DNA from: an uncultured bacterium
Lineage (GTDB): Bacteria; Chloroflexota; UBA5177; JANWHV01
Assembly: GCA_963729625.1 (NCBI GenBank)
Contig: CAVSOU010000011.1
Location: forward strand, 384,001-448,000
Direction of reading: 5' to 3'
DNA: 64,000 nt
Shown here: one piece after another, positions 41,047 through 52,043 of the stretch
How positions within the stretch are numbered: the first letter of the stretch is position 1
How the letters are laid out: every line of letters begins with the position of its first letter
Translations under genes and position numbers: made by a program
The notes under the pieces: model-generated
Databases searched by the model: none
Seen by the model: only the letters and a program-made list of their open reading frames with translations
What the model was told of the DNA's origin: nothing

Positions 41047-42627
41047 GTGGCAGCACCAACGTTAACACCGAACCCTCTTCGCCTGGGCATGGAGCTTGAA
41101 CGGAGCGCGGAGCCGTGCACCATGGTTATCTTCGGCGCGACGGGCGATCTCACACGGAGGAAGCTCATGCCCGCGTTATACAATCTGGCGCTGGAGCGAC
41201 TCTTGCCGCATGGTTTCTCCGTGATCGGTTATTCCCGCGCGGATATCGCGGGCAGCGAGTCAGGGAATCCGCTGGAGGCGTTCCGCGACCGTTTCAAGAG
41301 CTCTGTAGACTCGTTTTCGAGGCGAAAGCCTATCGAGCCTTCGGTATGGCAGACGTTCGCCGATAACACAGATTGGGTACCGGGAGAATTCACCCGGCCT
41401 GCCGACTACAAGACGCTCCGCCGCAAACTCGAGCAGGTGGACAAAGCGCACGGTGCTGGAGGCAACCGCATCTTCTATCTGGCGACTCCTCCGAGCTTCT
41501 ACCCCGAAATCGTGCGCCAGCTGGGCGCAGCCGGCTTGGTCACCGACCGTATCAATGGTCAGGGTTGGACGAGAATCATCGTGGAAAAACCCTTTGGGCG
41601 TGACCTTGCTAGCGCACAAGCACTGAACCAGCAGATACTGCAGGTCTTCAAAGAAGAGCAGGTCTACCGAATTGATCATTACCTGGGCAAGGAGACCGTG
41701 CAGAACATCCTCGTGTTTCGTTTCGCGAACGGCATCTTCGAACCCATTTGGAATCGACGTTACATCGATCACGTGCAAATCACAGTTGCCGAGAGTATCG
41801 GCGTCGAGGGGCGCGGAGGCTACTACGAGGAGGCAGGCGCGCTGCGCGACATGGTTCAGAGCCACATGCTCCAGGTACTCGCGCTTGTGGCGATGGAGCC
41901 GCCGGGGTCATTCGGCGCCGAGGCGGTGCACAACGAGAAAGTCAAGGTGCTTCATGCGCTCCGGCCCATCCACGAACATGATGTCGCCGAATTCACGGTG
42001 CGAGGTCAGTACGGAGCCGGATGGATCGCGGGAACGCGCGTGCCGGGGTATCGTGAGGAACCGGCAGTGCGTCCGGATTCCACGACTGAAACCTACCTGG
42101 CGCTCAAGGTATTTCTTGACAACTGGCGTTGGGCGGACGTGCCGATTTATTTTCGCAATGGGAAGCGCCTGCCGAAGCGCGTGAGCGAGGTTGCGATCCA
42201 ATTCAAGAACGCCCCTCACTCGCCATTCATGAGAGCGGCGCAGCAGCCAACTGAGCCCAACGTACTGGCGATGCGCATCCAGCCGAACGAGGGCATCTCG
42301 CTCAAGTTCGCGGCCAAGATCCCGGGTACCGTCATGAGCATGCGTACGGTCAACATGGATTTCATGTACGACGACGCGTTCGACGTCGAGTCACCCGATG
42401 CCTACGAGCGCTTGCTTATGGACTGCATGATCGGTGATTCGACGCTTTTCACGCGTAAAGACGAAGTCGAAGCGTCGTGGACGTTTATCACGAGCATCCT
42501 GAACGGCTGGCGAGAGGCGGCCGACCGACGTGGCGCGCCGTTCCCAAACTATGAGGCCGGCACATGGGGTCCGCCGGCTGCAGATGCCTTCATCGAGCGC
42601 GACGGTCGGAGATGGCGCCGGCCTTAG
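41047..42627 (+). CDS. zwf: Glucose-6-phosphate 1-dehydrogenase
   Basis: GATGDL, EKPFG, RIDHYLGKE, GALRDMVQ, YERL. Confidence 0.97.
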   Translation: MAAPTLTPNPLRLGMELERSAEPCTMVIFGATGDLTRRKLMPALYNLALERLLPHGFSVIGYSRADIAGSESGNPLEAFRDRFKSSVDSFSRRKPIEPSVWQTFADNTDWVPGEFTRPADYKTLRRKLEQVDKAHGAGGNRIFYLATPPSFYPEIVRQLGAAGLVTDRINGQGWTRIIVEKPFGRDLASAQALNQQILQVFKEEQVYRIDHYLGKETVQNILVFRFANGIFEPIWNRRYIDHVQITVAESIGVEGRGGYYEEAGALRDMVQSHMLQVLALVAMEPPGSFGAEAVHNEKVKVLHALRPIHEHDVAEFTVRGQYGAGWIAGTRVPGYREEPAVRPDSTTETYLALKVFLDNWRWADVPIYFRNGKRLPKRVSEVAIQFKNAPHSPFMRAAQQPTEPNVLAMRIQPNEGISLKFAAKIPGTVMSMRTVNMDFMYDDAFDVESPDAYERLLMDCMIGDSTLFTRKDEVEASWTFITSILNGWREAADRRGAPFPNYEAGTWGPPAADAFIERDGRRWRRP

Positions 42628-42715
42628 TCAGGAATGTCCCCGTGCTCATCCCCCAGTAGGAACCTACTCCGCCCCCTGTAGCCGGCCCATTGTTTAGATA
42701 GGAGACACGAGGTCG

Positions 42716-43966
42716 ATGGGACAGAACGTTGCTGGCAGCGAGACTGGCGGCAAAGGGTGGGAGGCTTTCCCGGTGCCGCTGGCGGCGATCGAATCGGAGC
42801 TTGAGAAGTTGTGGAAATCGGTCGCCCGGGAGGCCCGGCGAGTTGCGCGCAATGCAGCCGAGCGACAGGACGACGCCGCAGCATCATCTCCGGTGACAGG
42901 CGTTGCGCGAGCCCGCGTGCTCAACTTTGTCGCCTACACGAGCGCCAAGACCAACGTTTCGCGTGACAGAGAGCACACGCTGGATATCGTTGAGCACGTG
43001 GTGGCCACCCACCCATTCCGCTCGATCCTCATTGTGGCGGACGAAGGAGAGGGGGCGGTAGATATCAGCGCGACCGTGCGAGCACGTGCGCTCGACGGGA
43101 CTGACGGGCGCAGGATAGTTCACGAACAGGTTCGCATCGACGCGCGCGGCCCGGTATCCGACAGTCTGCCGAGCATCGTACTGCCGCTCTTGCTGCCCGA
43201 CCTGCCCACCTTTCTCTGGTGGCCCGGAGATCCGCCGGTCAACCATGCGTTTTGGCCACGACTGGTGGATGCCTGCGACCATCTGATTCTGGATTCCAGC
43301 GCCTTTTCGTCGCCAATGGCCAGCATCGAGCGGTACGCTGATTTCGTTGAGGTTTCCAAGAAGCACCATACGTTTGGTGACCTGGCCTGGAACCAACTTG
43401 CTCAATGGCGAAGCCTCGTGTCGCAGTTCTTTGATGGCTCTGCCTGCGCGGACTGCATCGAGCAGATTGTCGCTGTGACGATCGAGTTCGTGGTGCGCAA
43501 GCCATCTGGCACCGGTGACCTGCTCCAGCCCAATCCGAGCGTGGCGCTCCTTATGGCAGGCTGGCTCAGCTCTCGCCTCGACTGGACCGTCGTGTCATCC
43601 CAGACAGATCAGGGCATGGTACGCTATGAGTTGAAGGCACGAGATGGCCACCGCATCGACCTGACGCTGAAGCCGCGGATGTCATCTGGCCCGCCGGCAA
43701 CGGTTGCGTGTGTGAGCATCGATACGGGTGTCGGGGCGGGGCGCGCCCATTTCGCGGTCGAGCGGGAGGGTGACAAGCCTGTCGCTCGGGTGTTGGCGAG
43801 CTTGCCGGATGCCTGCGAGGTCGCCCGGTCGGTAAGTCTTGCCATCGATACTCGTGCGTCGCTTCTCGCCAGGGAGCTTGACCAGGGCACGCGGGACGTG
43901 CGCTATGAAGAAGCAGTTGCCGCGGCCGGAGTCATGGCAAGAAGCGCCACCAATAGTCGAGCCTAA
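42716..43966 (+). CDS. opcA: Glucose-6-phosphate dehydrogenase assembly protein OpcA
   Basis: HP.R.I, PLLLPDLPTFLWWPG, LILDS, DLAW..L..WR; lies between zwf and pgl. Confidence 0.9.
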   Translation: MGQNVAGSETGGKGWEAFPVPLAAIESELEKLWKSVAREARRVARNAAERQDDAAASSPVTGVARARVLNFVAYTSAKTNVSRDREHTLDIVEHVVATHPFRSILIVADEGEGAVDISATVRARALDGTDGRRIVHEQVRIDARGPVSDSLPSIVLPLLLPDLPTFLWWPGDPPVNHAFWPRLVDACDHLILDSSAFSSPMASIERYADFVEVSKKHHTFGDLAWNQLAQWRSLVSQFFDGSACADCIEQIVAVTIEFVVRKPSGTGDLLQPNPSVALLMAGWLSSRLDWTVVSSQTDQGMVRYELKARDGHRIDLTLKPRMSSGPPATVACVSIDTGVGAGRAHFAVEREGDKPVARVLASLPDACEVARSVSLAIDTRASLLARELDQGTRDVRYEEAVAAAGVMARSATNSRA

Positions 43967-43985
43967 TGTACAGGGGGAATCGGGT

Positions 43986-44810
43986 ATGCCGGACGGGGAC
44001 CCGGGCCAAGCGCGGTTCAGTATTTCAAAATCTATCGACGACCTCATGCGGACGACGGCCACAGGTATTGTCGATGCCGCGCGTGCCGCGGTTGCCGAAC
44101 GCGGAGTGTTCACCATCGCGCTGTCCGGCGGGGCAACGCCGCAGCGCCTCTTCGAGATGCTGGCAAGCCCTGTAGTTTCCGGTGAGGTGCCGTGGGAAGA
44201 CTTCCAGGTGTTTTGGGGCGATGAACGGCATGTGCCGCCCGACCACCCTGACAGCAACTATCGCATGGCAAAGGAGGCCTTGCTGGACCGCGTCCCGATT
44301 CCTGCCCAGAACACCCATCGTATTCCAGCTGAGCTCCCCAACCCGAGCGCCGTGGCCGCGGCATACGAAGATGAGCTCAAACATGCCTTCGATCTGGAGG
44401 ACGGCGCACCTTCCAACCTGCACGCGGCAATGCCGCGATTCGATCTCATCTTGCTCGGCATTGGCGAGGACGGGCATACGGCCTCGTTGTTTCCGCATTC
44501 GCCGGCACTGGCAGAGCGAACGCGGCTCGTGGTCGCCAACCCCGTGGAAAAGCTGGGTACGACGCGCATTACTCTCACCCTGCCCGTGATCAACAACGCC
44601 GAGAGAGTGTGGTTTCTGGTCACGGGCGGGAGCAAGGCAAAGATATTGCACGACGTGATAGAGGGCCCCTATACTCCCGACGACCTCCCGAGCCAGTACG
44701 TCAACCCGACAGACGGTGAGCTCCTGTTCTTGCTCGACTCGACGGCGGCGGTCGACCTCTCAGCGGGACTAAGGTATGATGGTGGTCACTGCGCCGGTGT
44801 CACGCGCTGA
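43986..44810 (+). CDS. pgl: 6-phosphogluconolactonase
   Basis: ALSGGATP, GDER.VPPDHPDSNY, LLGIGEDGHTASLFP, RITLT. Confidence 0.96.
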   Translation: MPDGDPGQARFSISKSIDDLMRTTATGIVDAARAAVAERGVFTIALSGGATPQRLFEMLASPVVSGEVPWEDFQVFWGDERHVPPDHPDSNYRMAKEALLDRVPIPAQNTHRIPAELPNPSAVAAAYEDELKHAFDLEDGAPSNLHAAMPRFDLILLGIGEDGHTASLFPHSPALAERTRLVVANPVEKLGTTRITLTLPVINNAERVWFLVTGGSKAKILHDVIEGPYTPDDLPSQYVNPTDGELLFLLDSTAAVDLSAGLRYDGGHCAGVTR

Positions 44811-44859
44811 GGGCTGAATCGACGGGGGCTGGTGCTACCCGGCTCCATCATTATCCAGG

Positions 44860-45882
44860 CTAAGCGCGCGGACGGGCGAACACTGTCACTTCGTTGCGGT
44901 TGTAATAGAGGCAGCGCACGCCGAGGATCGCGAATCCCTCGCGGAGTATAGCGAGGGCGTGTTTCAGCACGATCGATGGCGAATGCTCGGGCAGCTTGAG
45001 CGTGATCAGTGCTATGGCCGATGAAAGTAACAGCGGCCGCGCCGCTACCAGCAGCCGCGCCGACTCGCGCGCATCGAGACGCATGTCGTTGACAACAACG
45101 TCGAACCTCTCGCTGGTGGCGCCGATGAAGGCCTGAGCAGTGCAGGTAACGGCATGCACGTCGCGCTGCCGCCTCACCCGCGGATCGAGCTCCCCTGGGT
45201 CGACGGCCGTCACCCGCATGCCGTAGCCAGCGAGCACCTGCGACCAGCCTCCCGGTGCGGCCCCAAGGTCCAGGGCGTTGCCATGCGTCGCCAGTGGGAC
45301 GGAGAACAGGCCGATTGCCTCTAGAAGCTTCAGCGCGGATCGGCTGACAAAGCGCTGGCCGAGCGGAATGACCGGGAAACCAGCCGGCCAGAACGGCGCG
45401 TCGGATACCCCGGCGCCCGCCAGGATCCTACCCGTGACATACTCATCAGGTGTTGCGACGACGAGATAGTGGTTACCTGACGAACTTCCGGCAAGCAACG
45501 AGGCTACCGCCGTCTCGAGCGCTTCGAGACCATGTCGTCTGCGCCCGGAGACGTCACGCACTGCCACGGCGGCGGAGCCTGACGCGCGGCACTGATTTGC
45601 AACCGCGCTCGCATCCACGGCGATCTCGCTTGTGCGGGCAACGCTGCTTGCTTCAAGAAGCAGTTGCCGCACGAATACGGGCGGGCGATCAAGGCATCGC
45701 CTGGCCACCTCATCGGCGTCATGCGAGGTGCTCGCCAGAAACACTCCATGAGTCAAGGAACGGACAAGACGTGCGTCGACTTGGTCACGCAACTCGTTGA
45801 GCGCGACATCTTCGTAGACGGGTGAGACAAACGCCAGCAAATGCTGCTGAGCAGTCTGAGCCACACCAGCCAGATGAGCCAT
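44860..45882 (-). CDS. FtsJ-like SAM-dependent RNA 2'-O-methyltransferase (RlmM-like)
   Basis: SRSALKLLEA, LDLGAAPGGWS, VTAVD, VNDM, TLKL, N..E give the K-D-K-E tetrad. Confidence 0.8.
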   Translation of the reverse strand: MAHLAGVAQTAQQHLLAFVSPVYEDVALNELRDQVDARLVRSLTHGVFLASTSHDADEVARRCLDRPPVFVRQLLLEASSVARTSEIAVDASAVANQCRASGSAAVAVRDVSGRRRHGLEALETAVASLLAGSSSGNHYLVVATPDEYVTGRILAGAGVSDAPFWPAGFPVIPLGQRFVSRSALKLLEAIGLFSVPLATHGNALDLGAAPGGWSQVLAGYGMRVTAVDPGELDPRVRRQRDVHAVTCTAQAFIGATSERFDVVVNDMRLDARESARLLVAARPLLLSSAIALITLKLPEHSPSIVLKHALAILREGFAILGVRCLYYNRNEVTVFARPRA

Positions 45883-46194
45883 ACCCACTCCCCAAAGCGT
45901 GCGACGCCGCCAATGGTTCCGCACGATCCGCTGGACACATTGTCGCGCCCAGGCAGGGTGTGCCTACGTGGGCCATGCTGCCTGTGTGGTCACACACCAC
46001 CCGCACATACTCAGAGCCTCAATCCCATGGTACAAAGTGTGATAGGGCTGTTGAGTGTGACGTATATTAACTCTGGCAAGGCACCTGGTCGTCTGCCTGC
46101 TCCGGCGTCCCTTGCATTTCCCGGTGATTCGAGCGCCGAACGTGCTATCGACTACTGCCGCAGATTGAGTTCAGCGACGAGGGCGAATCGCCAC

Positions 46195-49100
46195 ATGGGC
46201 GGAACTAAGCGAAGGCGGATCACAGGCCCAATCATTCGCGGTCGAGCGCGCCTGCTCGCGGGTTGTCGTGTCACGACAGCGCTGTCGCTCATGCTTTCAG
46301 CCCTCGTGTGGTACGGTTCCTTTGCGGGCGGCGGGCATCCGGTGCTTGCTCGAAGCGCTCAACAGTCTCCAGCACACGGAGCTCCAACTCTGCCAGTGCG
46401 AGAAGTATCACTCGCCGCGCGCGTGACTGACTCTGATCGGGCAGGATTCGGCACCCTCGCCCTCGATCCGGACGCAGGCCCACCCGGCACCACCGTGATG
46501 GTTGAAGGGAACGGCTTCGTCCCCGCAAGCATTGTCATTTTGACGTACGTAGACGCTGCAGCGCCAGCCGCCGTCGTCCTGACGACCACTGTATCCGCGG
46601 ACGGATCATTACCGCAGGCCACCTTCATCGTTCCACAGAATGCGACCCTCGGCGCACTTGGGCAAGTAGTTGCCGGCACTGGGTCAGCGGCCGAGGCTTC
46701 GGCTCTCTTCGGTGTGACGCCATTCACGCAGGGTTTCGATGTGTCATCCAATGTCGCGGCTCCGGGTGGCATCACGCAGATCAGCGGCAGTGGCTTCGCG
46801 CCCAACAGCCCAGTCGCAATCAGCCTCAGCGACGCTGCCGGCGTGCAGACTGTGCTCACTCAGCCCGTCTCGACGACGAGCGCCGGGGTCATTCCGCCGA
46901 TGAGCGTGTCGATTCCTGTCAGCGCGACGGCCGGCCTTGCGGCAATCAACGCTGTGGATGCGACGGGCAGTGCCGGTGGGGTTCCGCTCACGGTAGCTCC
47001 AAACGGCTCGAGCAACGCGATTCAGCTCTCGCCGGCCGTGGCGGCGCTTGGCGAGCCAGTCCGACTTGCCGCCGCGGGATTCAGTCCCAATGAGCCCGTT
47101 CAACTGTACTTGGTCGACGCGAGCACAGCAGTGACGGACCTCACGTCGGCACTGGACCTTCAGGCCGATGCAACAGGCGTGTTGAGCGGCTCGTTTGCGC
47201 TGCCACTCGACGATCAGTCGTTCGCGAACCCGCCATCTGGGCGTGTCCAGGGCTCGGGAAGCAACGCCGGCTCGCTGCTCGAGGTCGTAGTCAAGGGAGC
47301 ATCTAGCGGCACGACACTCCAGGCACCACTTATGGTCCCGGGCACGGCAGTGACCATTGTGCCGGCCCGGGTCGCGAGTCACCACGTGACGATGCTGAGC
47401 GGGAGGGGTTACTACGGACGCGAGACGGTTACCGTCTCGGCGGTGGGCGACAACGGAGCAATAACCCAACTGGGCCTTGCAACCGCCTCCGCGGCCGGAG
47501 CGTTCAATCTAGCGGTGACCGCGCCCGCACCATCGCCCGGGGGGACGGGAGTGCTGACATTCACCGTGTCCGCAACAGGAGAGGCCAGCGACCTGGTCGC
47601 ATCTTCCCAGCTAACCACTGTCGCACCCGCCGCACTCACGTTTAGCCAGTATGTGGTTGCATCCGGCCAGGCGACGATGGTACAGGGAACGGGTTTTGAT
47701 GCGTCCGCAGTCGTCACCATTACCGTGCAGGCTCCATGGGGCAGCAAAATAGGCAGCCGGTCATCGCCCGTGTACCCTCTTCAGGCGGTCACCGACCTCA
47801 CAGGAGCGTTCAGTCTGGACGTCGCTGTGCCGTCCGATGCGGCGGCGGGGTCCGCGGTTTTTCGCGCCGCCGACGTTGCCGGGCGTTCGGCAACGTCCGT
47901 GCTGACGGTAGCCAACTTCCCGGCGAGTTTGCACATCTCGGACATCATCGCCGGGGCCGGTACGTCGATCACGGTGGACGGGACCGGCTTCGCCTCTGAT
48001 GAGAGGGTCGACCTGTTCCTCGCCCCACCATCGATCCCGGTTCGCCCTCTGGCGATTAGCACGCACCAGGTCACGACCGATGCTCATGGCTCGTTCGTAA
48101 CGGCATTTCTCCTGCCCACGGGGGGCGGCGTGAACTCGACGGTCTCCTCTGGTGGCTATATGCTCTGGGCGCGCGGCGAGCTGAGCGCCAGACAGGCGGC
48201 GCATGGCCTGGCTATCCAGGTGTCGCCGACCGGCACCCCGGGACCAGCGGTTCGGACTACGAGCACCCCACTACCTAGCACGTGCACGGGGACCACGTCG
48301 GGCGGTGGCACCGGTTCATCCTCCTACACCGTGGCGTATTTCGCGAACGGAACTACGCTGGTCGTGCATGCGGCTCCGGGCAGCAGTGTGACGTACTCCC
48401 AGGATCTCTACGTCGCTAATGTCGGCGATCAGGCGGCGACGGTCACCGTGATGTACCTGGTTGCTTCCGGCCCGAGCGCACCGGCAATTCGCCAGGTGTC
48501 ATTCACCGTTCCGGCTCACGGTGTTGTGCAGCATTCAGTGAACCACGATGTGGGGACCGGCCATACGCTCAGCATTATGGTGCGTATTGAGACACCCACT
48601 GCCTGCGCGGCGCCGGCTCCTGCGCCTCCATCATGCTCGACCGCGGGCAACATCTGCGATACCGGAATCCGAGTGACACTCCTGACTTGGCGGACGCTAC
48701 GGGAACCGCTCAGCGAATGCAGCCAAAGCAAGAGGGACGACCCTGCCGCGGTCGTCTGCACGTTGAGTAAGGGCAGCGCGAGCGTTGTGACGCGCACGCT
48801 CGACGCATCGGCGACGGCCGGATCGAGCCAGGGGGCGATGAGTCACGCGCAGGGGGGTGGCGGAGGAGGGCCCTCCACGATATGGCGTTTCGCGGAAGGC
48901 AATACGGGCACGCCGTTCCAGGATGTCATCGACGTACTGAATCCTGAGACAGTTCCGGCCATAGTGCGCATCACGTTCTTCACACCAACCGGCCCGGTGC
49001 CCGTTCGGGATCCGATTACCGTGCACGCCTTCGACACGGTGGCACTTGACGTGCGCGCAATCTACTTAAAGGCAATTGGTTGCGAAGTGTCAGGAGCATC

Positions 49101-49956
49101 CACCGCCAAGTTGGCCTCGAAATGCGCGGGGCCGTTGGCCGGTATCGCCCTCGGTGAAGGGTTGCAGAGCACAGAGCCCATCGTTGCAGAGCGCACGCTC
49201 TCCTGGGGCTCGGGCCAGCCGGGCGCCAAGCCTGGGTATGACGTCTCACCCGGGACGCCAGCCGCGAGCACTGTCGCGCACTTTGCCTATGCCTCCACTT
49301 TGGGCGGCGATCAGGCTTATCTCGCGCTGATAAATCCTGCCGGCTCGTGTGCCGAGTCGAGCCGGTGCACGGCGCAGGTGAGCGTGACTGTGTATGCCGG
49401 ATCGGGCCTTCGCATCAGTTCGGGCTCGATCTCAATACCACCTGGCAGCAGGGCAACGCTGTCACTGAGCGCCATCGCTCCTGGCAAGATCTTCGCGTTC
49501 AGTACTCGGTCGACCGTACCGGTGGTGGCCGAGCTCACCCAGTATGTCGGAGGGCCGGCGACGAAGGGCGAGCACCCCGGATTTGAAGCTCACGGGTCGG
49601 GCGGCAGCACCGAGCTCACCGCGATCGGGCTGCCGTCATTGGGTGTCCCGATCCTAGTACGTGTGTTCAATCCAACCGGTGGCCGCATGTTCGTGCGCCT
49701 GTCGGTCTTTCAGGGCGCTGGAGCGGTTGTGGCCCCCGCAGGATACTGGGTCGGAGGCAGAGCCTCGTTGGAGGCGGCAGTCCCCTCGACGACCGCGCGC
49801 GGCGGAGACAGTCCAGGTGGCACGTCACAACCTCTTGCGGTGGAGGTGACTTGTGGCGGAGTGTGCGTGCCCGCGGTCCTGGAAGGCGTCCGAGGTGCGA
49901 CTGTGCCGTTTCCGGCCCACCCGATCGCGCAGGCCATGATCAGTTCGGTGAGTTAA
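46195..49956 (+). CDS. Large secreted/cell-surface protein with Ig-like repeats
   Basis: Basic N-terminus plus hydrophobic signal/TM; six G.G[FY]....V repeats; C-terminal YFANG / WRFAEG / HFAYA repeats; Ser/Thr/Ala/Gly-rich. Confidence 0.8.
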   Translation: MGGTKRRRITGPIIRGRARLLAGCRVTTALSLMLSALVWYGSFAGGGHPVLARSAQQSPAHGAPTLPVREVSLAARVTDSDRAGFGTLALDPDAGPPGTTVMVEGNGFVPASIVILTYVDAAAPAAVVLTTTVSADGSLPQATFIVPQNATLGALGQVVAGTGSAAEASALFGVTPFTQGFDVSSNVAAPGGITQISGSGFAPNSPVAISLSDAAGVQTVLTQPVSTTSAGVIPPMSVSIPVSATAGLAAINAVDATGSAGGVPLTVAPNGSSNAIQLSPAVAALGEPVRLAAAGFSPNEPVQLYLVDASTAVTDLTSALDLQADATGVLSGSFALPLDDQSFANPPSGRVQGSGSNAGSLLEVVVKGASSGTTLQAPLMVPGTAVTIVPARVASHHVTMLSGRGYYGRETVTVSAVGDNGAITQLGLATASAAGAFNLAVTAPAPSPGGTGVLTFTVSATGEASDLVASSQLTTVAPAALTFSQYVVASGQATMVQGTGFDASAVVTITVQAPWGSKIGSRSSPVYPLQAVTDLTGAFSLDVAVPSDAAAGSAVFRAADVAGRSATSVLTVANFPASLHISDIIAGAGTSITVDGTGFASDERVDLFLAPPSIPVRPLAISTHQVTTDAHGSFVTAFLLPTGGGVNSTVSSGGYMLWARGELSARQAAHGLAIQVSPTGTPGPAVRTTSTPLPSTCTGTTSGGGTGSSSYTVAYFANGTTLVVHAAPGSSVTYSQDLYVANVGDQAATVTVMYLVASGPSAPAIRQVSFTVPAHGVVQHSVNHDVGTGHTLSIMVRIETPTACAAPAPAPPSCSTAGNICDTGIRVTLLTWRTLREPLSECSQSKRDDPAAVVCTLSKGSASVVTRTLDASATAGSSQGAMSHAQGGGGGGPSTIWRFAEGNTGTPFQDVIDVLNPETVPAIVRITFFTPTGPVPVRDPITVHAFDTVALDVRAIYLKAIGCEVSGASTAKLASKCAGPLAGIALGEGLQSTEPIVAERTLSWGSGQPGAKPGYDVSPGTPAASTVAHFAYASTLGGDQAYLALINPAGSCAESSRCTAQVSVTVYAGSGLRISSGSISIPPGSRATLSLSAIAPGKIFAFSTRSTVPVVAELTQYVGGPATKGEHPGFEAHGSGGSTELTAIGLPSLGVPILVRVFNPTGGRMFVRLSVFQGAGAVVAPAGYWVGGRASLEAAVPSTTARGGDSPGGTSQPLAVEVTCGGVCVPAVLEGVRGATVPFPAHPIAQAMISSVS

Positions 49957-50091
49957 CAATTTGCGCGTTTGGCACGCGAGAGCTTGTATGCTAGAGCTGT
50001 TCCAAAGGTGCGATCAGGCTTCGCAAGACGACTCCAGCCACGCGGTCGTCGCCCATATAGGTGGCGCCGAATCTTCTCGCGGGAGACCAGC

Positions 50092-51183
50092 ATGACAGCA
50101 TTGAAGGGTCTCGTATTGAGCGGCGGTAAGGGCACGCGTCTGCGCCCCTTCACGTTCACGGCTGCAAAACAGCTTGTCCCAATTGCGAACAAGCCGGTCC
50201 TGTTCTTCGTGATCGAAGATCTTGTGCGGGCTGGGATCAGCGATATCGGCATCGTGGTGGGAGAAACCGCGGACCAGATTCAGGATGCCGTCGGAGACGG
50301 CGCCAGATTTGGCGCCACAATCACGTATATACCGCAGCCGGCCCCTCTAGGACTTGCACACGCCGTGCTGATTGCAGAGCCGTGGCTGAACGGGTCGCCG
50401 TTTGTGATGTACCTCGGAGACAACTTTCTGCGGGATGGCATTCGCGACCTCGTGCGCGACTATCGGAACTCCGGCGCGACCGCTCAGATCCTCCTGAAGC
50501 AAGTGGCGCACCCGGAGCACTTTGGCGTGGCAGTCGTGAAGGACGGAAAAGTCGTCAAGCTTGTCGAGAAGCCCGCTCCACCGCCGCCAGGTGAATCCTG
50601 CATCAGCGATCTCGCGCTGGTCGGTGTCTACATGTTCGACCAGACCATCATGCAGGCGGCCAAGAGTATCTCGCCCTCAGGACGCGGCGAGTTGGAGATC
50701 ACGGACGCGATAGCCTGGCTGGTCGAGCAGAATCACGCGGTACAGCCACGCATTCTTGAAAGCCGGTGGATCGACACGGGCAAGATGGAAGACCTCCTGG
50801 AAGCCAATCGCCTGGTCCTGGAACGCCTGCAAGACGACATGCAGGGCGAGGTGGACGACGCGTCATCAGTCGTGGGGCCAATCGAGCTGCGAGCGGGCTC
50901 GCGAGTGATCAATTCCGTCCTCCGAGGTCCCCTGAGCATCGCCTCTGGAACGGAGATCCGAGATTCGTTTATCGGGCCGTTTACCGCCGTCGGAGAGAGC
51001 TGCGTCATCCAACGCACCGAGCTGCAGCATTCCATCGTGATGGATCACTGTGCCATCGTCGATATCGGCACTCCCATCGAGAGCAGCGTGATCGGCAGAT
51101 ACAGCCGTGTGGCGCGGGTCGAGCGGCGGCCCTATGCGTACCGGCTGACACTTGGCGATTACTCGCACATCGAGGCGCCCTAG
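50092..51183 (+). CDS. rmlA: Glucose-1-phosphate thymidylyltransferase, long form
   Basis: LSGGKGTRLRP, KQL.P, PLGLAHAV, YLGDN, EKP, RGELEITD, WIDTG. Confidence 0.93.
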   Translation: MTALKGLVLSGGKGTRLRPFTFTAAKQLVPIANKPVLFFVIEDLVRAGISDIGIVVGETADQIQDAVGDGARFGATITYIPQPAPLGLAHAVLIAEPWLNGSPFVMYLGDNFLRDGIRDLVRDYRNSGATAQILLKQVAHPEHFGVAVVKDGKVVKLVEKPAPPPPGESCISDLALVGVYMFDQTIMQAAKSISPSGRGELEITDAIAWLVEQNHAVQPRILESRWIDTGKMEDLLEANRLVLERLQDDMQGEVDDASSVVGPIELRAGSRVINSVLRGPLSIASGTEIRDSFIGPFTAVGESCVIQRTELQHSIVMDHCAIVDIGTPIESSVIGRYSRVARVERRPYAYRLTLGDYSHIEAP

Positions 51184-52043
51184 CCCTGCGCGCGACCAGC
51201 CTCACCCAGCTGCGTCATGTAGCGGCGAAGCGCGTCACGCCAGTGCGGCATGGTGACGCCATGGCTCGCGAGATGTCCCAGATCGAGCACTGAGTACAGG
51301 GGCCGTCGTGCGACATCCCCCACGGCCGTTGTCGCTACCGCCTCGACCGGCACTGAGAGCCCGGCCTCCTCGAGGATTGCGCACGCGAGCGCGTGCCAGG
51401 TACACGAACCCTGGTTCGTAATGTGCACGATGCCGGAAGTCCCCTGGTCCACGAGCGCAAGCAGCGCGACTGCCAGATCGACTGCGTAGGTTGGGCTCGC
51501 CGTCTTGTCCGCCACCACGCGAAGCGGCGCGCCGCCCCTGGCCTGCCGCAAAATGGCCCCGACGAAGTTGCTGGAATGCCGTCGCCTCGTAACACCGAAC
51601 AGCCCACTGGTGCGCGCGATCAGCGCGCCCGGAGCATATGCCTGTACAAGGTGCTCCCCGGCCAGCTTGCTGGCGCCATACACGCCCAAAGGCATGGGCA
51701 AGTCGTCTTCGCGGTACGGACGGTTTAGGTCGCCCGAGAACACGTAGTCGGTACTGATGTGGACAAAACGCGCGGCCAGAGCTGTCGCCACGCGGGCAAG
51801 GCGGCCAGGCGCGATGGCGTTGATGGCAAAAGCGACTTCGGGGCTCTTTTCCGAATCGTCGACCCTGTTATACGCAGCGGCATTGATCACCACTGCCGGA
51901 GCAAGCGAGCCCAGCACCGACTCTATCTGCTCCTCTTGCGTTATGTCAAGAACCCTCCGATTGAGAATGACCAGATCGTCTCTATCCGTGCCGGCCAGTG
52001 CAGTGCCAAGCTGGCCCGTCCCAACCACTACTATGCGCTGCAC
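51180..52043 (-). CDS. rmlD: dTDP-4-dehydrorhamnose reductase
   Basis: GTGQLG, NAAAY..VD..E, ISTDYVF, YGASK..GE, SPTY, RPLYS. Confidence 0.94.
   Translation of the reverse strand: MQRIVVVGTGQLGTALAGTDRDDLVILNRRVLDITQEEQIESVLGSLAPAVVINAAAYNRVDDSEKSPEVAFAINAIAPGRLARVATALAARFVHISTDYVFSGDLNRPYREDDLPMPLGVYGASKLAGEHLVQAYAPGALIARTSGLFGVTRRRHSSNFVGAILRQARGGAPLRVVADKTASPTYAVDLAVALLALVDQGTSGIVHITNQGSCTWHALACAILEEAGLSVPVEAVATTAVGDVARRPLYSVLDLGHLASHGVTMPHWRDALRRYMTQLGEAGRAQG

Noticed and set aside
45841-46194. N-terminal extension of the 1371-aa ORF
   Set aside because: It overlaps the divergent methyltransferase start; the signal-like sequence begins at ATG 46195
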